Source of the DNA: a virus
Reading direction: 5' to 3' (one strand)
Length of the DNA stretch: 64,000 nt
IMG/VR virus record: IMGVR_UViG_3300018080_000117
Location: 64,001 to 128,000 of that record
Shown: piece after piece, positions 35,860-44,432 of the stretch
How positions within the stretch are numbered: position 1 is the first letter of the stretch
Layout: every line of letters begins with the position of its first letter
Position numbers and translations under genes: made by a program
Notes under the pieces: generated by a model
The model's database searches: none
What the model was told of the DNA's origin: nothing
Seen by the model: the letters and a program-made list of their open reading frames with translations, nothing else

Positions 35860-36644
35860 TGCCTCAAGACGCAAAACCACCTAAACAGTGGTGGGACAAA
35901 ATGGTCAAAGAGATTAGTTCGGGCAACCCCGACTATTCAAAAGACCAGGTTAAAAAAACTGTGGGCGATATTTGGTACAACGAACTGACGCAGAAAAAGC
36001 GTGACGAGATACAAGGGAGGTACGCTTCTATGAAACGCAATGCTGCTTTTTTTACTTCTGAAGATGCAGGTGTTTGGGCTGACGGTGTTTTGGGTCATAG
36101 CCACATCCGCGAAGTACTAGCGGACCTTATGAAGGAAATGGGGCATTCGAGTTTGGCGAAAGAACTCCGGGGTCCCATGTCTGACGACGCTTCGGAAGAA
36201 GACGAAGCGTTGGACGTGTTGAACGACAATACCGAAGAGGGCCTGCTCTGGGAGTTTTATCAGGGTGATTTGGTACTAATCGAAATGGACGATGATGAGG
36301 AGTTCTACGCTTCAAAGCGAAGCCGAAAAACTTCTAAACGTCTTCCTCGTCGACGCGCTACAAAACGCCCTATCCGCAGCCGACGTCGGGCCCTCGCCCG
36401 AAGGGCTACACGCACTAAGAAGCCCCTCAGACGTACAGCATCGCCTCGTGAGGCCCTGTCTCGGTCTCGTCGACGCGCACGTAGGGTGAAAAACCCCAAC
36501 TTCGACCGGTTCCTACAACGGGCTAAGATGCGTGCTCGTTTGAAAAGCCGTAAACCGGCTTCTGCGTCTGAGAAAAAAGCTAAGTTGGAACGAGCTTCGA
36601 AGCACCTCGAAGCTGCAGCTAAGCTTCTGCGCACACGGAAGTAA
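35859..36644 (+). CDS. protein with an acidic central domain and an Arg-rich protamine-like tail (candidate internal head protein)
   Basis: DDASEEDEALDVLNDNTEEG...DDDEE followed by RRRATKRPIRSRRRALARRATR. Confidence 0.65.
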   Translation: MPQDAKPPKQWWDKMVKEISSGNPDYSKDQVKKTVGDIWYNELTQKKRDEIQGRYASMKRNAAFFTSEDAGVWADGVLGHSHIREVLADLMKEMGHSSLAKELRGPMSDDASEEDEALDVLNDNTEEGLLWEFYQGDLVLIEMDDDEEFYASKRSRKTSKRLPRRRATKRPIRSRRRALARRATRTKKPLRRTASPREALSRSRRRARRVKNPNFDRFLQRAKMRARLKSRKPASASEKKAKLERASKHLEAAAKLLRTRK

Positions 36645-36647
36645 GTT

Positions 36648-36818
36648 ATGGAACTGGTCAAACTTGAAAAGGCCAGTAACCAGTTGCTCAAAGCGATTAC
36701 GTTGCTTAGGGACATTCAAGAAGACACCCTAGCAGACACACTCGAAGGAATGTATCGGCAACTTGTGGAATTGATCGTTGAGCAAGAAAAAGCACCGGAC
36801 GTAGAAATCGAGATCTAA
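36648..36818 (+). CDS. small hypothetical protein (56 aa)
   Basis: Manual translation MELVKLEKASNQLL...EIEI; fills the operon gap. Confidence 0.5.
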   Translation: MELVKLEKASNQLLKAITLLRDIQEDTLADTLEGMYRQLVELIVEQEKAPDVEIEI

Positions 36819-36853
36819 AGCAGTGCCCACGAAACGAAAAGAGAGTTCCTACT

Positions 36854-37648
36854 ATGACCATTCCGAAGAAAAACCGTTCGGAGGTACCTAACGCAGATCC
36901 AGCCTGTAAGCTCTGTAACCTACCTTACGACGACCTAAAAAACTTACACGACATGCGGTTCATCCACAAAATAGGCTACACAGAGATCCGAAAAACCCTA
37001 AAAGAAAAATACGGGCTGAACATTAGCTACGCAAAAGCAGCGGATCACTTCAAACGTCACATCGATCAATCCCGGTACCTAATCAAAAAAGAATCGAAGA
37101 AAAAGCCTATCGCAGAGATTTTGGATAACACTGGGCCTCTTCCTACCGATTTTGGACAAAACGAGCAAATCAATACTGCCTACCAGCGCCTCACCAAAAT
37201 GACGGCGGACTACGTCAATAAGGTCGACAAGGTCTTCAACAAAGTAATCTCTAACCCAAATTTTGAACTAGACCTTCTTCTAGAGCTTAGTGACTTAGAA
37301 CCGCTTTCCCGCTTGAACGTTTTGGCAAAGATGCACGAGATGGGGCGGGAACAGCTCAAAGACGTAAACGCTCTGCGTGCTCCTAAGGTAATGGTACTAA
37401 GGTTTTTGGAAGAGACGATCGACAGAGCCCTTTCAGAAGTAAATGAAACGTTGAAGCAAACGTTTATGCTGATTCAAAGTGATTTGATCACAGAGCTTAG
37501 AAAAACTAACTACAACGTGCCCGAGGGCATAATGTCGGATCTGTTGCGCAGAGTTACCAACCAATACAAAGAACGTATTGTAGAACTGCGCAGAGAACAG
37601 TTGTCCAGGGCCGCAACAACCCTAGCAGAGCTGGAGAAAGTAATATGA
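36854..37648 (+). CDS. Zn-binding HTH protein, possible terminase small subunit
   Basis: CKLC ... YTEIRK.L..KYGLNIS...DHFKRH, then a long helical region. Confidence 0.45.
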   Translation: MTIPKKNRSEVPNADPACKLCNLPYDDLKNLHDMRFIHKIGYTEIRKTLKEKYGLNISYAKAADHFKRHIDQSRYLIKKESKKKPIAEILDNTGPLPTDFGQNEQINTAYQRLTKMTADYVNKVDKVFNKVISNPNFELDLLLELSDLEPLSRLNVLAKMHEMGREQLKDVNALRAPKVMVLRFLEETIDRALSEVNETLKQTFMLIQSDLITELRKTNYNVPEGIMSDLLRRVTNQYKERIVELRREQLSRAATTLAELEKVI

Positions 37649-38115
37649 TGCTCATTCAAGCGATGTCTCTTCAAGACTTGATCAGAGCTGTTGACAATAA
37701 GTCAGAAAGCCGTTCTAGACGGTGTTCGTCGAACGTGGAGTTTGTGATCGAAGATGGAGTGTTTGAGTGCTCTACGCAGTGTGCGGGATCTAACAGAGCT
37801 TGGAGCCAGGTCATTGCTATTCTTGACTGGAACATACTTGCTCCTGAAGAGGCTTTAGAGGCAGACAGTTGGGACGAGGTTGTCGACGCATACCCTGAAA
37901 TCCTAGTGTCAGACGTTGGCGTTGCGTGTGACTGTCCTGCGTTTTTGTATTGGGGGTCTGCCTATATCGTTGACCAACTAGACGCCGGAAACCGCGACTT
38001 AGCTCGCTTCGACCGTTCTAGAGGTCCCGAAGGGCGGTTTCCCTCTATCAGAGACCCTTTACTCGACAGAACCCTTTGTAAACACCTTATTTCAGCGATC
38101 AATGAAATTGTTTAG
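37645..38115 (+). CDS. SWIM zinc-finger protein
   Basis: VACDCPAFLYWG ... LCKHL. Confidence 0.8.
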   Translation: MMLIQAMSLQDLIRAVDNKSESRSRRCSSNVEFVIEDGVFECSTQCAGSNRAWSQVIAILDWNILAPEEALEADSWDEVVDAYPEILVSDVGVACDCPAFLYWGSAYIVDQLDAGNRDLARFDRSRGPEGRFPSIRDPLLDRTLCKHLISAINEIV

Positions 38116-38130
38116 TCGGGAGTATTTGTA

Positions 38131-38646
38131 ATGCTGTCACGTTCGATAAGCGGAATTGTGGTGCATTGTTCCGGTAAGCTATCTTACGGTTGCGCAATTC
38201 TTTTTGATCGATGGCATCGTGACAGAAACTTTACGATGGTTGGGTACCACTTTGTTATCGGCAACGGGCATCCATACAAAGACGTTTTTTGGGATTGGTT
38301 TGACGGTACGATTGAGATTGGCAGACCGCTCGACCACAACCACATCATCGAGCCTTACGAAGTAGGAGCACACGCCTACGGCAGAAACAGAGACACCATT
38401 GGAGTCTGCTTAGTAGGAGATGGCAATTTTACCGAGAAGCAACTTGCTAGCTCTCAAATGTTGATAAACAGGCTTTGCAACGAACACAACTTAAAGATCA
38501 AAAACGTTATCGGCCACAAAGAGGTTCCTGGTACAACCAAAACTTGTCCGAACATGCCTATGGACAACTTTCGTCATTTTCTTGGCGGCAACCTTACTAC
38601 AAAAGAGATGGTAAAAGTAAACGCCCTCTTCAACCAAAAGGATTGA
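38131..38646 (+). CDS. N-acetylmuramoyl-L-alanine amidase (endolysin, T7-lysozyme/Amidase_2 type)
   Basis: VVHCS, WH..R.F..VGYHFVI, GAHA.G.N...IGVCLVG, GHKE, KTCP. Confidence 0.92.
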   Translation: MLSRSISGIVVHCSGKLSYGCAILFDRWHRDRNFTMVGYHFVIGNGHPYKDVFWDWFDGTIEIGRPLDHNHIIEPYEVGAHAYGRNRDTIGVCLVGDGNFTEKQLASSQMLINRLCNEHNLKIKNVIGHKEVPGTTKTCPNMPMDNFRHFLGGNLTTKEMVKVNALFNQKD

Positions 38647-38649
38647 ACA

Positions 38650-39054
38650 ATGGCTAGGATCCTAATCGTTGAAGACGATACTGCTACAGCAACCTTTGTT
38701 CAAGATGTGCTGCAAGCGGCTAAGAAGAAGTATTACCAAAGCACTTGGGAAATGCGCTTTGACCACGCCAAGAGCGCCGCAGAGGCGCTGAAGTACATAG
38801 AGACCCGCAACTACGAGCTTGTGATCACTGACATTCTAATGGCTAAAATGGACGGGTGGGAACTAATCAAAGTACTGAGAAAAGATAAATCCCGATCCCA
38901 ACTACCTGTACTAGTGATCACCGCAATCGATGGCATTGATATTAGATACGAGTCTATTCGTCGGGGGGCGACGGATGGTTTTGCCAAGCCGATTAAAGGA
39001 GACGAACTAAAAAGGTTCATAAAGGTAGTATTCAATCTGATTTTGGAGAGGTGA
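38650..39054 (+). CDS. single-domain response regulator receiver (CheY-like)
   Basis: ILIVEDD, phospho-acceptor ITDILM, MDGWEL, VITA, GA..F.KP. Confidence 0.93.
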   Translation: MARILIVEDDTATATFVQDVLQAAKKKYYQSTWEMRFDHAKSAAEALKYIETRNYELVITDILMAKMDGWELIKVLRKDKSRSQLPVLVITAIDGIDIRYESIRRGATDGFAKPIKGDELKRFIKVVFNLILER

Positions 39055-39471
39055 ATGAGCAACCAGATTCTGACAATTCTCGGACTAAGCGTAAGCTTTT
39101 TCGCCCTGATTATCGGAGCGTGGTTGCGCTACTTGTTCGGCAGAGTTGCGTCTGCACAAGACACTAGCCTTCAAGAAATGACCAAAAAGTTCGAATCGAT
39201 CAACCGCAGGATAGATGCTATAATGCAGACGTGCAAGGAACTTGACGCTTCGGATCGAGAATCAACAAAGTCCCTAATCGAACTGCAAACCGCACAGAAA
39301 ATAGTAGAAGCGCTTCAAACTAAGATTTCTGATCTCAGTGAGCTAAAGAGCGAATTTCTCGAAAAGTTTGCCCGACGTGCGGACGTAATTAGAGAAATGC
39401 AAGCCATCAACTCTCAGTTAGAAGCGGTTTACCGAAAGATAGATAAGTTAGACGAACGTAGGCTACGTTGA
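39055..39471 (+). CDS. single-TM coiled-coil membrane protein (holin/antiholin-like candidate)
   Basis: N-terminal hydrophobic helix ILTILGLSVSFFALIIGAWL followed by a coiled coil; two genes downstream of the endolysin. Confidence 0.55.
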   Translation: MSNQILTILGLSVSFFALIIGAWLRYLFGRVASAQDTSLQEMTKKFESINRRIDAIMQTCKELDASDRESTKSLIELQTAQKIVEALQTKISDLSELKSEFLEKFARRADVIREMQAINSQLEAVYRKIDKLDERRLR

Positions 39472-39484
39472 AAGGGCCTTTACG

Positions 39485-39661
39485 ATGCAAAAGTCTTTGA
39501 CGGAGTACATTCAAGCAGTCAGCAACGCTAATGGGACTACAGCAAAGCTTCTTCAAGGATTTGTTGATTCAGGGGAGCTTGACCCCGAAGAAGCAGCGAT
39601 TGTGGAAGCACATGCCTTACTTATAAAAATTCACACTAAGTTAGATTCACTATCTCGGTAG
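39485..39661 (+). CDS. small hypothetical protein (58 aa)
   Basis: Manual translation MQKSLTEYIQAV...DSLSR. Confidence 0.45.
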   Translation: MQKSLTEYIQAVSNANGTTAKLLQGFVDSGELDPEEAAIVEAHALLIKIHTKLDSLSR

Positions 39662-39672
39662 GGGGTAGCCCC

Positions 39673-40224
39673 ATGCCTATCGAACGTGTCTTACAGCACA
39701 CACCTCACGAAGTTTATGAGTTTTTCCCGACTATTTTCAACGACGATCGTGGGCTATTTGCAGAGGTGTATGCCTTTCGAGACTTTCAGAAGTGGGTACC
39801 TTTCAGTTTTTATCAAACCAACCTAAGCAAATCGAAGATCCACACCGTTAGAGGACTGCACTACCAAAGGTACCAAGGTAAGTTAGTTCGGGTTGTAGAA
39901 GGAAGAATCTTCGACGTTGCAGTTTGTTTGTACGGTCCTAATTGTGGACAGTGGACGCACGCAATACTAAGCGCCAAGCATCAAAACATGCTTTGGATCC
40001 CTGCGGGGTTTGCTCACGGCTTTCAAGCACTGCGTGAAAACACTGCAGTCGAATACATGGTTACGGATTACTACAACCCGCAAGAAGAGGGAACTATTGC
40101 GTGGGACGACCCAATTCTAAAAATAGATTGGCCTTTCCCTGAAGCTGCCTTAGTTTCTGAAAAAGATAAGCAAGCTAAATCTTGGGATCAGTTTCTAAAA
40201 TCTAATACCTGGTATGTCCAATGA
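39673..40224 (+). CDS. rmlC: dTDP-4-dehydrorhamnose 3,5-epimerase
   Basis: DDRGLF.E, Q.N.S.S...VRGLHYQ, QGKLVRV..G.IFDVAV, IPAGFAHGF, WDDP...IDWP, SEKD. Confidence 0.95.
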   Translation: MPIERVLQHTPHEVYEFFPTIFNDDRGLFAEVYAFRDFQKWVPFSFYQTNLSKSKIHTVRGLHYQRYQGKLVRVVEGRIFDVAVCLYGPNCGQWTHAILSAKHQNMLWIPAGFAHGFQALRENTAVEYMVTDYYNPQEEGTIAWDDPILKIDWPFPEAALVSEKDKQAKSWDQFLKSNTWYVQ

Positions 40225-40248
40225 AATACCCTTTTCAAGGATTCGGAT

Positions 40249-41187
40249 ATGCGCTTACTTATTACGGGTGGGTTTGGCTTTATCGGGTCGCACGCGGTTA
40301 ACTACTTATCTCCAACGAACCGTGTCGTTATTGTTGACAACCTCACTTACGCTGCTGATTTGAGGCGTGTAAGCCCTTCTATCGAGTACTACCAAGAAGA
40401 TATTTCTAAGCTTGATTGGCACAAGATTTTGAAGGCAGAACGACCCGACGTACTAATCAACTTTGCCGCAGAGACCCACGTCGACAACTCAATAGCGGGG
40501 ATCGGAAAGTTTAGTCGCAGCAACTACACAGGAGTACAAAAAATACTCGAAGCCGTTAGAAAAAGTAATCTCAATATCCATTTGATTCAAATCTCCACAG
40601 ACGAGGTATATGGAGACACCGGTTTAGAGGACTCATACGAGTTTGTCGAAGACGATCGACTAAAACCGAGCAACCCGTACAGTGCCACAAAAACATCTGC
40701 TGATTTGTGGCTTCTAGCGTGTGCACGAACCTACGGAGACTTCTGCTTTACGATCGTAAGAGCGACCAACAACTACGGTCCAGGACAGCACACAGAAAAG
40801 TTTATCCCAACGGTCATAGAGGCGATCCTGAAGCGCAAAAAAATACCTGTCTACGGAACCGGCCAAAACCTTAGAGAATGGCTCTACGTCGAAGACTTCG
40901 TGCGTGGAATCCAAAAAGTAATCCAGAACAAAAAAACCGCGCAGGGTCAGATCTTCAACTTCGGTTCTGGAAAAAGAGTTAGCAACATTAGTTTAGTAAA
41001 AATTATTTGTGACAACCTCGGGGTGTTTTGGAAAGACTACGTTGAGTATGTCGATGACAGACCAGGCCATGATCTTAGGTATGCACTAAATTCAAACAAG
41101 GCTCGTACTACCTTAGATTGGAAGCCCGTTGTGTCCCTCAACGAGGGTTTGGAGCACTGCATTCGCGACATGGAGGAAAGATGCTAA
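40249..41187 (+). CDS. rmlB: dTDP-glucose 4,6-dehydratase
   Basis: TGGFGFIGS, LTYAA, NFAAETHVDNS, STDEVYG, PYSATK, NNYGP.Q..EK, DRPGHD.RYA. Confidence 0.95.
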   Translation: MRLLITGGFGFIGSHAVNYLSPTNRVVIVDNLTYAADLRRVSPSIEYYQEDISKLDWHKILKAERPDVLINFAAETHVDNSIAGIGKFSRSNYTGVQKILEAVRKSNLNIHLIQISTDEVYGDTGLEDSYEFVEDDRLKPSNPYSATKTSADLWLLACARTYGDFCFTIVRATNNYGPGQHTEKFIPTVIEAILKRKKIPVYGTGQNLREWLYVEDFVRGIQKVIQNKKTAQGQIFNFGSGKRVSNISLVKIICDNLGVFWKDYVEYVDDRPGHDLRYALNSNKARTTLDWKPVVSLNEGLEHCIRDMEERC

Positions 41188-41516
41188 ACACCCTCAAACG
41201 TTGGTGGGTAGCGGGCCTTGCGGCGATAATAGCAGTTCTGGCGCTTATTTTGTGGCGCAAGTCTTCTCAAATAAATCGCCTAGAACAAAGATTAGTCGAA
41301 CAAAAAGCTAAGTTAGAAATGCAACGTCTTTCAAAGCAGTACCAGCTAAAGCGAAACGAACTTGTAGAACTTAGAGAAGTAGACATAGAGCTAAATGAAG
41401 AACTGTTGAAAATAGAAGCTAAACTAAAAAAAGACTTAGAACGTATCGACCCTTACATGTCAAACGAAGAGATAGCAGCTAAGTTTCGTGAGATTGGGCT
41501 TAGGAGAAAACAATGA
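41181..41516 (+). CDS. inner-membrane spanin-like protein (N-terminal TM plus coiled coil)
   Basis: KRWWVAGLAAIIAVLALILWRK, then a coiled coil; GGAGG RBS before the ATG at 41181. Confidence 0.6.
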   Translation: MLNTLKRWWVAGLAAIIAVLALILWRKSSQINRLEQRLVEQKAKLEMQRLSKQYQLKRNELVELREVDIELNEELLKIEAKLKKDLERIDPYMSNEEIAAKFREIGLRRKQ

Positions 41517-41899
41517 TTTGGGTTTTTGCCCTCCTGTCCCTCACTGTTTTTGAAGATGTGCGGGCCAAAAAGTTTGACGGTAAGGAGTTTGTTTGTTTTA
41601 CCTCAGACGACTCGATTTACTTGCTCCAACTTGATTTGAAGATGCCTCACGTTGAAAAGAAAATGGAAGCATTGAAAAAACTAATCAACAACAAAAGTAA
41701 ACAAATAAAAACACTTGAGGGGCAAAATACGCTACTGAACGAAAGATTGAAGGTTTTGTCTACGTACAATGCAAATTTGGAAGGACAACTAGACAATAGC
41801 GACGTGTGGTATCGCAATCCTTGGTTTTGGGTTGCAACTGGTGCTGTTTTGCTAACAGCAGAAGCGGTTTTACTTTATTCGGTTTTGGACAATGGGTGA
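41513..41899 (+). CDS. spanin-like protein (signal peptide, coiled coil, C-terminal TM)
   Basis: Hydrophobic N-terminus, coiled coil, WYRNPWFWVATGAVLL; overlaps the previous gene. Confidence 0.55.
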   Translation: MIWVFALLSLTVFEDVRAKKFDGKEFVCFTSDDSIYLLQLDLKMPHVEKKMEALKKLINNKSKQIKTLEGQNTLLNERLKVLSTYNANLEGQLDNSDVWYRNPWFWVATGAVLLTAEAVLLYSVLDNG

Positions 41900-41977
41900 C
41901 AGAGACGATCTTATTTTCGACGTCGTCTTTTTGCTTAGTATTACTTTGCCTGTACTACTTCTTGTTTTAGCGGAGAC

Positions 41978-42742
41978 ATGCGTATGAAAGGCGTAATTCT
42001 TGCGGGCGGAACAGGTTCAAGACTAACTCCTCTAACAAAAGCCACCAACAAACACCTACTTCCTATCGGTCCCCAGCCAATGATCTACCGTTCAATTTTT
42101 CAAATGAAAAAAATGGGAATTGAACAGGTGTTGATTGTTACTGGATGCGAACACATGGGAGCGGTCGTTCAATCCTTGGGGTCAGGTAAGGAGTTTGATT
42201 TACACTTTACTTACCGCGTACAAGACGAGGCCGGTGGAATTGCTCAAGCGCTAGGCCTTGCAGAAAACTTCGCTGGTTGGGATCCAATCTGTGTCTTGTT
42301 AGGCGACAACGTTTTTGAAAACCCTCTCAATGCTGTGCTAACAGAATTCTACAAAAACAAAGATCACGGGGTAGTTGTCTTAGCAAATATCGATCTTGAA
42401 AGGCTCAAGCGGTTTGGCGTTGCGGTTTTACCTGGTGACTCTTGCCAAATTAGCAAGATAATCGAAAAGCCTTCTACTGATTACCTTTTGGAGCTTTCAA
42501 AAAACAATGCGCTCTTTGCGGTTACTGGGTGTTACGTCTATCCGCCTAGTGTGTTCGACACGATTCGGGAATTGGAGCCTAGCGATCGAGGTGAGTTGGA
42601 AATTACCGACGTTAACCTTCATTTCCTGCAAAATAAAAAACTAAGCTACTACCTATTCACAGGCGCTTGGCACGATGCTGGAACACCTGTGTCCTATCGC
42701 AACGCAAATGAATTTGCTTGGCGCTACTTTGGAGCTAACTAA
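41978..42742 (+). CDS. rmlA: glucose-1-phosphate thymidylyltransferase (short RmlA/SpsI type)
   Basis: GVILAGGTGSRL.PLT...NKHLLP, QDEAGGIAQA, LGDN, EKP, RGELEITD, W.DAGT. Confidence 0.93.
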   Translation: MRMKGVILAGGTGSRLTPLTKATNKHLLPIGPQPMIYRSIFQMKKMGIEQVLIVTGCEHMGAVVQSLGSGKEFDLHFTYRVQDEAGGIAQALGLAENFAGWDPICVLLGDNVFENPLNAVLTEFYKNKDHGVVVLANIDLERLKRFGVAVLPGDSCQISKIIEKPSTDYLLELSKNNALFAVTGCYVYPPSVFDTIRELEPSDRGELEITDVNLHFLQNKKLSYYLFTGAWHDAGTPVSYRNANEFAWRYFGAN

Positions 42743-43078
42743 ATGGCAGTTACATGTAAGGTACTTCTTGCGGTTCACAACCCCGGCAAACTCGAAGATG
42801 GACACTGCCTACCGTTGGCCTTTCAGGAGCCCCAGGATTGCTTCTGTGGCCTTCGAGCAGCCTGGAACGCATCACCGGACCTAACGCTGCTCTTCGCGGG
42901 TCTGGGGCTAACAGAGGTAGAGAGCGGCGGGCTTTGGGTAGTTACGGCACATTTCAAGGAAGAAAGAATCAAACCTAACGAAAACAACTTTGATCATTTG
43001 ATCGGGTCTGTCAGCACAATGAAGATTACTTTCGACATTGCGAACTCAGAAAGTTTTCAGCGCTGGGATTGGATCTAA
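42743..43078 (+). CDS. hypothetical protein
   Basis: 111-aa ORF, coupled to its neighbours. Confidence 0.5.
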   Translation: MAVTCKVLLAVHNPGKLEDGHCLPLAFQEPQDCFCGLRAAWNASPDLTLLFAGLGLTEVESGGLWVVTAHFKEERIKPNENNFDHLIGSVSTMKITFDIANSESFQRWDWI

Positions 43079-43449
43079 TGGCTATCGGGAGAACTAAGTT
43101 TCCAACAAAGCCGGATAAGCCAGACCAGAAAAAGGCCCCACGTAAAAAGGCCTCAGGAGCCACCCAGACCTTACCTGGTGGCCTTGTTGTCAAAGACAAG
43201 TCGGGTGGAAAAACCCAAGGCCCTAAAAATCAAGATATCGCACACGAGCCTTTGTTGGAAATCGCACAAGCGATCAAGAACCACAAAAAAGTTAGTTTTC
43301 TCTACAAGGGCGCACAAAGAGCGTTACAGCCGATGGGATTCAAACAGACGAAGAACGGACTCATGGTAATTGGTGTGTGCCAACAAAGCATGCAAATACG
43401 CATGTTCTCGGTCGCAACGATGGTTGCGGTACGCGAGGTTGAGGAATGA
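43078..43449 (+). CDS. stand-alone WYL-domain protein with a basic N-terminal tail
   Basis: IAQAIKNHKKVSFLY...RALQPMG...VIGVC....IRMF. Confidence 0.75.
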   Translation: MAIGRTKFPTKPDKPDQKKAPRKKASGATQTLPGGLVVKDKSGGKTQGPKNQDIAHEPLLEIAQAIKNHKKVSFLYKGAQRALQPMGFKQTKNGLMVIGVCQQSMQIRMFSVATMVAVREVEE

Positions 43450-44432
43450 AATTTTTATTTAACGTTGGTGGCTACACCCAACTTGTCAAGACTCTTGAAG
43501 ACCGTGGCCACCAGGTTGTTAAACACAACTGCCAATTTCGGAAATACGTCAACAAAGACCAACGCTGGCAGGAGTACAATCAAAAAATCCTTCCGCAACT
43601 AATCCAAGAGCACAAACCGGACGTCTACATTTGTTCAAAAGGGTTTGCAAAAAACAAACACATTTGGCCCGAGACCAACTTGAAGATCAAAAAAATGGTG
43701 GGGCTTATGGTTTATTGGTCGCAAGACGACCCTTTTTTTATCCCCACTTTTCGAAATCTCCAAATGCATCGAGGATACGATGTTGCGTTGACGTGCTCAA
43801 ACGTCCACAAACCGTACAGAGAGGTTGGGATCGAACCCCACACCTTCTACCCTGCTTGGGACTCGATTGAGCGTTCAGTGACTCCCCGAGCCTCTAAGAC
43901 GGATGTTATTTTTGTTGGCTCCCCGTACAAAACAACAAATATCCCTCGGGCTAAGATTATGCGGTGGATCGCAGAACAAGGGCATTCACTAAAAATCTTC
44001 GGTGCTGCTGCATGGACAAAAAAAGGGTCAAGCAGCCTGTTTCAAGGCGACCCGTTTTTGAGGCCTTACTACAAGGGTGTTTTCAAGAATTGGCGGGACC
44101 TTCATAATCTTTTTGCTTCGTCACGGATCAACATTAGCAACCACGTAAGACAAGCTCCGGGTTATCTAAACGACCGAGTCTTTCTTGTTATGGGGGCTGG
44201 CGGTTTTTTACTTATGGACAACAACCCAGGAATCGAAAAACTTTTCAAGCACAACCGTCATGTCTGCTACTACCGAGATTGGGGAACCTTCAAACACCGT
44301 TTCACTTACTACCTTGCACACGACGATGCACGCAAAGCAATTGCTAAAGCAGGCCAAAAACTAATTTTGGCGGAACACACCTACGCCAACAGAGCAGATC
44401 AACTTCTCGATATTGTGAAGGGGAAAGTATGA
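43446..44432 (+). CDS. CgeB/DUF3880-type glycosyltransferase
   Basis: YWSQDDP, DVIFVG, SRINIS, LNDRVFLVMGAGGFLL, AEHTY.NRA. Confidence 0.88.
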   Translation: MKFLFNVGGYTQLVKTLEDRGHQVVKHNCQFRKYVNKDQRWQEYNQKILPQLIQEHKPDVYICSKGFAKNKHIWPETNLKIKKMVGLMVYWSQDDPFFIPTFRNLQMHRGYDVALTCSNVHKPYREVGIEPHTFYPAWDSIERSVTPRASKTDVIFVGSPYKTTNIPRAKIMRWIAEQGHSLKIFGAAAWTKKGSSSLFQGDPFLRPYYKGVFKNWRDLHNLFASSRINISNHVRQAPGYLNDRVFLVMGAGGFLLMDNNPGIEKLFKHNRHVCYYRDWGTFKHRFTYYLAHDDARKAIAKAGQKLILAEHTYANRADQLLDIVKGKV

